A stretch of DNA of 63,129 nucleotides, filler included, from Guillardia theta CCMP2712 (lineage: Eukaryota > Protista > Cryptophyta), in assembly GCF_000315625.1 (NCBI RefSeq). It is 6 parts of 6 records of this genome, joined end to end, with 100 filler letters (N's around TTAATTAATTAA, not from the genome) between each part and the next. Parts side by side here need not be neighbours in the genome. Positions count along the whole stretch, not along the records: positions 52,575 to 59,938 come from NW_005434233.1; positions 60,039 to 63,129 come from NW_005434087.1; 4 more parts are not named here. One strand, given 5' to 3'. The notes below the pieces were generated by a model. The model was not told the origin of the DNA. It saw only the letters and a program-made list of their open reading frames with translations, and did not search any database. Positions 59,149-63,129 of this stretch are shown here, in pieces; within the stretch, counting starts at the first letter, position 1; each line of letters opens with the position of its first letter. The position numbers and the translations under genes are program-made.

Positions 59149-60082
59149 AAGCGGCGGGGGATGACGGAGAGCAGAGGAGTCGAGGACCTGCTCGAAGTCT
59201 GCTGGGACAAGTTTGCGTGCTCGTGCTCTGCTCGCTCAGTGGGTGTTTTTTGTCTCGTTTGCCTGCTAAGGAGGAAGAAGACGAGGGAGGAGGAGGAGGA
59301 GGCGGAGGAGGAGGAGGGAGTTTACAATCTCATGGAAGTTGCTCTCCCTCCCTCGGGGTAGGGATGTTAAGGACTATCCTGGGCGGCGCAGTAGAATCGT
59401 CCAGCTGGACGCGGACTGGGAGGAGAGGGGGGGGGGGGGGTAAGAGCGAGAGAATAAAGCATCGCATGCTAGTTTCTCACTTCGTAGCTCGACGTTGAGG
59501 CGGATGCGGAGGCTGGTGTGATCCCAGTGAAAGACGATGTCGCCCTGAGCAAGGGATGAGGGAAGGGAGAGGGGGAGGAGAAGAGGAAGAGGAGAGCGAG
59601 AGAGAGCAGGAGCAGGAGAGTGAAGGAGGAGGAAGAAGAGAGGAGCAAGAGCAGGAAAAGAGGAGGAAGTGAGGAGAAGAGGAAGTGGAGGAGAAGAGAG
59701 GAGGAGGTGGAGGAGGGGAGCAGCGGGGAGGTGAGGAGAGGACTGAATGGATAGCTAGATGCAGCAGGATGAGGCAAGGGAGATACACCGAGATACAGCA
59801 AGAGGATGAAGAGAAAGAGAAAAGGGGGATGGGGATGGGGACGAGGAAAAGGGGAGGAGAAGGAGAAGAAGAAGGAGGAGGAGAAGGAGGAGGAGGAGAA
59901 GCAGAAGCAGAAGCAGAAGGAGGAGGAGGAGGAGGAGGNNNNNNNNNNNNNNNNNNNNNNNNNNNNNNNNNNNNNNNNNNNNTTAATTAATTAANNNNNN
60001 NNNNNNNNNNNNNNNNNNNNNNNNNNNNNNNNNNNNNNAGAAAAAAGGAGGTGCTTTCCGTTTTTTTGAGACGACACGCAGC

Positions 60083-60727
60083 TCAAGGGTAGACCCGGCG
60101 TCGCTTTATTCCGACTGTTGTGAGGATGCTGGCGTGACGCAGGAGGTGGAGGGTGAAGATCCACATGAAGGTGGTGTGACCGGAAAAGATCAGGTCCCCG
60201 CACTGAGGCGTCGACAGGAACTGCTTGAACCCCAGCGCAAAGGCATATCCCAGCCCCGTCAGGAACCTGTTGGTGATGGGCCGATGGTCGTCTCGGCAGG
60301 GGCCCTTGGTGTAGGGGATGGGGAGGGTGGTGGAGATGATAGTGACTGTCCGCATATTCATGAGGATGGCGTAGATGGCGAAGAGGTGCTTCAGCTTCCT
60401 GTTCCGACACGTCCGCCACTCGTAGATTGACAGCAGGATCACTGAAGCGCAGATGCAGATCGTGGCGAAGTCCGTGGGGTTGAAAGGCAGCGACACCGGG
60501 GCCTCACTGCCAGACACCTTGGCGATGGCGTCGAAGCCGATGTCCGGGAGAGGAGGAGAGTTCATGGGCACTCGGTCGTACCCGAAGGTGTTGATGTAGT
60601 CCATGAAGATGATGGAGACGAACCAGTACAGGAGGATCCACCGCAGCCTGGGGCTGAGCCTGTAGACGGTCTCGTTGGTGGGTACCCATCTGTGAGCACA
60701 CGCGAAGTCTTGCGAGGTGCTCTCCAT
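60083..60727 (-). CDS. sphingomyelin synthase / IPC synthase-like (PAP2-type) protein, 3' part in gap
   Basis: PPLPDIGFD, MRTVTIISTTLP and CGDLIFSGHT motifs with TM segments. The catalytic HY..D motif is not visible and probably lies in gap 59939-60038. Confidence 0.85.
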   Translation of the reverse strand: MESTSQDFACAHRWVPTNETVYRLSPRLRWILLYWFVSIIFMDYINTFGYDRVPMNSPPLPDIGFDAIAKVSGSEAPVSLPFNPTDFATICICASVILLSIYEWRTCRNRKLKHLFAIYAILMNMRTVTIISTTLPIPYTKGPCRDDHRPITNRFLTGLGYAFALGFKQFLSTPQCGDLIFSGHTTFMWIFTLHLLRHASILTTVGIKRRRVYP

Positions 60728-61815
60728 ACGAGTGCTGTGTAAATAGATCGCCGTTCTTGACTTTGCAGCGCCTCCCCCTGCCGGCTGACTAGGGTGAGTC
60801 TTTCCCCTTCCTGTCTCCTCTCTTGTACCTCTCCTCTCAATGCTTTCGAGCTGGACTGTCTGGATTGGAGGCCAACTAGTCAACCCGTCATCTGTCAACT
60901 GTGCAGAGAACAAGATCAGAGACGTCATGAGCAGAAAACTTCATCCACGTGATGAGCAGAAAGCTACATGCTTCACTCTCGATCTACAACACCAACAAGG
61001 ATTGATCTACTAGATCCGGTGCTAGAGAGCCAGAAGGCTGAGGGCTCAGCAATCACAACCTCAAATTTGTTTCCCTTAATGTCACAACCTAGTCTTGTAT
61101 CATCTCTTTCGTCTCCTTCACACTTAACAATCGTCTCTCCTTATTACGGTCAGGCAGGAGAAAATGAGAGCAGAGAGCCTCCTCTTTCACGCTCATCCGA
61201 GCATTTTCGATCCTTTCGCGTTCCAGACAAAACACTAAGGTTATGATCTATGGATTCAATTGAATTCTGCTCTTGGATTTGTGTACATCACTTCGTCTTC
61301 TCAACCCTCGTAGACTTTTCCTGTTCCCCTCCCTCCTTACCTCCTCCCCTCGTGTTCGTCTCCGCCACGCTTTCTGTTCCTCTCTCATCGCCATAGCGAC
61401 TGCAACAACTCCCCTAGCACCATCACCACCATCCTTGTCTCCTATCTACGTTCTCCTGCTGCTACTGCATGTCTCCTCTGCTGCCGTCCTCTCCGCTGCC
61501 TCCCTTCCATGCTCAGCCCCCTGACGTGGGCATGAACGGGGCTCGTTTGCTGACCAGGGTGGGTATACCACGTTGACATCCCTCGTGGGTGTAGGTAGGG
61601 GGTATATACCCCCACCCTCAAAATCGACAACTCACCCATGGTGGGTTATACTACCCTACCCACTATGAAGATGGCATGACTTGGCCATCTCTACAGCATA
61701 ATCGACACTAGGGGTCCTTTTGCCTTGAACTACCCACCAGCAGGTCAGAAAATTCAAATTTCAAGAGGGTAGGGTGGTTTGAACAGCCTGTACGATCAAA
61801 GGAACAAGAGAAGTG

Positions 61816-62447
61816 AAACAAAAATGACAACCTACAAGACATGAAGAGACTGAAACAATGACAACCTACAAGACATGATGAGACTGAAACAATGACAACC
61901 TACAAGACATGATGAGACTGAAACAATGACAACCTACAAGACATGATGAGACTGAAACAATGACAACCTACAAGACATGATGAGACTGAAACAATGACAA
62001 CCTACAAGACATGATGAGACTGACACAATGACAACCTACAAGACATGAAGAGACTGACACAATGACAACCTACAAGACATGATGAGACTGACACAATGAC
62101 AACCTACAAGACATGATGAGACTGACACAATGACAACCTACAAGACATGATGAGACTGACACAATGACAACCTACAAGACATGATGAGACTGAAACAATG
62201 ACAACCTACAAGACATGAAGAGACTGACACAATGACAACCTACAAGACATGATGAGACTGACACAATGACAACCTACAAGACATGAAGAGACTGAAACAA
62301 TGACAACCTACAAGACATGAAGAGACTGAAACAATGACAACCGTCTACTAGTATAAGACACGATCAAGATGACAACCTACAAGACATGATGAGACTGACA
62401 CAATTCGGACGACCTACAAGACATGAAGAGACCGTGAAACAATGACA
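61816..62447. repeat. 34-bp tandem minisatellite A(A/C)ACAATGACAACCTACAAGACATGA(T/A)GAGACTG
   Basis: About 18 units, two biallelic positions, degenerate right end, no spacers. Confidence 0.95.
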
Positions 62448-63129
62448 CAAACCCGTGGCAACCGTTGGCAAGTTGAGAAACTAAGTTAATAACGAAGAAG
62501 TCGGGACATTGCAACAATATCCACACCGTGGCTCGAATGCGATCATTGCCCAACCCGGTAGATCTGAATGATCCAAAAATCGGTGTTCAACGATCGGACT
62601 CGATTTCGCTTAGCGGCGACCGCCGGGACGGCCCGTCTCCGCGGGTCCGAGTCTTGCCGCAAACCGTCCCGTCCAGTGCCGATAGTCAAATCGGCCGCCT
62701 GCCCGCCGCGTTCACTGACAAAGACTCTGACTGAGAGCCCGGCGCCTCACGGTCACGGTCACCGGGTGGCGAGTCACTTGAAACGAACTCCCAATAGCCC
62801 CATCGGAGGGCCCCGGTTCAACCGTGACGGTTCTGAGAACCATCTAACCTCCATGCCGTTCACTTTTAGCCCTTTCGTTAATTTCCACTCTTCTTTTCGA
62901 GAAAGTTTTTTTGGGGTGGCGTGTGAATTCAAACAAGTTTTCAACGGCAGCAAGAGATACCTCCAAAGAGTACCAGTGCAGTTTAGTTATCATTTCTGCT
63001 AGGCCTTTACATGTATTTTAACTTTCATTTCAGAGGGTTGAAATGTTTTCAACCTCGTACACGCCCGACTCATGTCTCCCCTACACGCCGGCACGTAGCA
63101 CCAAAGCCCTCCAACGATGCCGCTGTAAG

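Noticed and set aside
61816-62447. 34-bp repeat array of CRISPR-like unit length
   Set aside because: Units are head-to-tail with no unique spacers, there are no cas genes and the context is eukaryotic; it is a minisatellite

Overview
Eukaryotic nuclear DNA from a draft scaffold: short GT-AG introns, polypurine/polypyrimidine tracts and N-gaps with TTAATTAATTAA filler. The style suggests a cryptophyte alga such as Guillardia theta, which is inference only. Recognisable genes, left to right: an LRR/Cys-rich secreted protein, a multi-exon protein that appears to fuse five KH domains and a polyQ tract to a PP2C phosphatase, an intronless leishmanolysin (M8) protease, an ABCC transporter 5' part, a possible HSF-like Q-rich factor, an NRK/uridine-kinase-like P-loop kinase, a MORN protein, organellar ribosomal protein L3, an APC amino-acid permease and a sphingomyelin/IPC-synthase-like gene. 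The centre (about 23-42.5 kb) is an accessory region with two parts. (i) An AT-rich, virus-like island holds a TIR/TSD-bounded element, tandem ~120-bp imperfect palindromes and a RING-H2 gene, and is studded with 21-28 nt GC-rich hairpin insertions. (ii) Two paralogous genes encode an R-S-E clade mono-ADP-ribosyltransferase fused to near-identical ankyrin repeats that vary mainly at the ligand-binding positions. A WD40-repeat fragment and a split RAD5-like pseudogene lie among them. This ART-ankyrin cluster is the best candidate for an undescribed NLR-like immune receptor-effector system. Exon boundaries were read by eye and no database searches were run.
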